Source: the human T2T-CHM13v2.0 reference genome, Homo sapiens
NCBI RefSeq assembly: GCF_009914755.1
Contig: NC_060925.1
DNA: 64,000 bases
Direction: 5' to 3' (one strand)
The translations under genes were made by a program, and so were the position numbers. The notes under the pieces are model-generated. The model was not told where the DNA came from and did no database searches. It saw only the letters and a program-made list of their open reading frames with translations. This document shows, piece by piece, positions 62,865-64,000 of this stretch (position 1 is the first letter of the stretch; each line of letters starts with the position of its first letter).

Positions 62865-63341
62865 CGGATTTAACCTAAAATAGTTCGCTTGATCTCTCTT
62901 TGATAGAGAAATGAAATCTCCAGTTCTATAGACTATAATGGAAAAGTATTGAATTTGCATATTTCCAATAAAAGATATTTGCTTCATGCTTTGGGCATCT
63001 ATCATAGTTGCCCAAAAGACTATGTCCAGTAAACATAACTGTCACAGTACTGAAGCGCAAACTTACAAAATTGTCTTTGTGTTACCACAACACACACAGT
63101 CTTTAGTCAGCTGACTATTCATGTTGTTTGAAAAGCATGAAAATACAGGTTTTTAGCATGCACACCCAGTTGGAAAAGGACTTGCTCCTCCGGAAACACC
63201 ATTCATTCGCTTTGGCAGAGCTGAGAGCACCTGTGCATGTGAACAAGCAGGTGGGTATCTCACTGGTTTCTGCAGTCATCACTTTCCTTGATAGGTAAGT
63301 TTTGATACCAGCCAGGGGAGAGTCCAGGCATTTAACTCAGC

Positions 63342-63362
63342 TTATGATTTAATTTTCCACAG
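63342..63362 (-). CDS. PHTF1: PHTF1 last coding segment (LWKIKS*)
   Basis: - strand: ttttgttctcttag|CTG TGG AAA ATT AAA TCA TAA; phase 0 matches the preceding exon. Confidence 0.85.
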   Translation of the reverse strand: MWKIKS

Positions 63363-63789
63363 CTAAGAGAACAAAATCACCAAAATAAGTTAGTTCTAGG
63401 AAAACCAGGTGGGATTTATAGGTACACTTACATGACTATAAACTAAGAATCCTTTATAAAAGAAGAAAATGTATCAAGTCTGGCAATAGCAACCATAGAA
63501 CATCATAGAGAAAAAACATTTAAAACTTCCAGGATCAAAAATAATACAATGCAGTTCATGTACTGGTTTTCATTCATTCTACATCTGTACATTCCCCAGG
63601 ATCAGAGTAAGACCATTACCCAGCTCAGGCTATTAAACTGATATGAAATTCAAACTTGATTTTTTTTGTTCCATTCAAGAGCACTGTCTGTTATATTTGT
63701 GTAAAATGAGAAAACTGAAGCTGAAAAGCCTGTGGACCACCAATCAAAATGCCTATTTCTTTACCTCAAGAGTTATTTGCATGCTAGAA

Positions 63790-63817
<28 letters not shown>
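63790..63817. repeat. (CA)n microsatellite in the last PHTF1 intron
   Basis: Directly visible. Confidence 0.9.
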
Positions 63818-63820
<3 letters not shown>

Positions 63821-63869
63821 TGAAGAACACAGATTTCTGTACATAGTAATTTTTAAGACTAGGATGCTA

Positions 63870-64000
<131 letters not shown>

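Overview
Human (primate) genomic DNA. The + strand carries the 3' half of MAGI3 (membrane-associated guanylate kinase, WW and PDZ scaffold). I resolved 11 internal coding exons (7557-46979), an alternative 91-nt stop-containing exon (47856-47946) and a long Lys/Ser-rich terminal exon (48541-49658 plus 3' UTR). All have GT-AG sites and splice phases that join into one open frame. The last two exons of the convergent gene PHTF1 lie on the - strand at the right edge. Introns and intergenic DNA are rich in repeats: a 5'-complete L1PA3/4-type LINE-1 antisense to MAGI3, more than 20 Alus including a young AluYb8, near full-length Tigger1 and Tigger2, MER1A, and old L1/L2/MIR fragments. The most notable observations are: (i) a ~200-bp-arm inverted repeat, interrupted by an AluY, about 100 nt upstream of the last PDZ exon; (ii) an L1 antisense promoter/ORF0 splice donor in phase with the next MAGI3 exon; (iii) the intronic premature-polyadenylation site after the 606-nt exon; (iv) an ~80-bp templated insertion inside Tigger1; (v) an NMD-escaping C-terminal switch exon. 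I found no prokaryotic-type system, and most short ORFs in the track are repeat-derived noise. Gene identities, exon numbers and repeat subfamilies are from recall, not from database searches.
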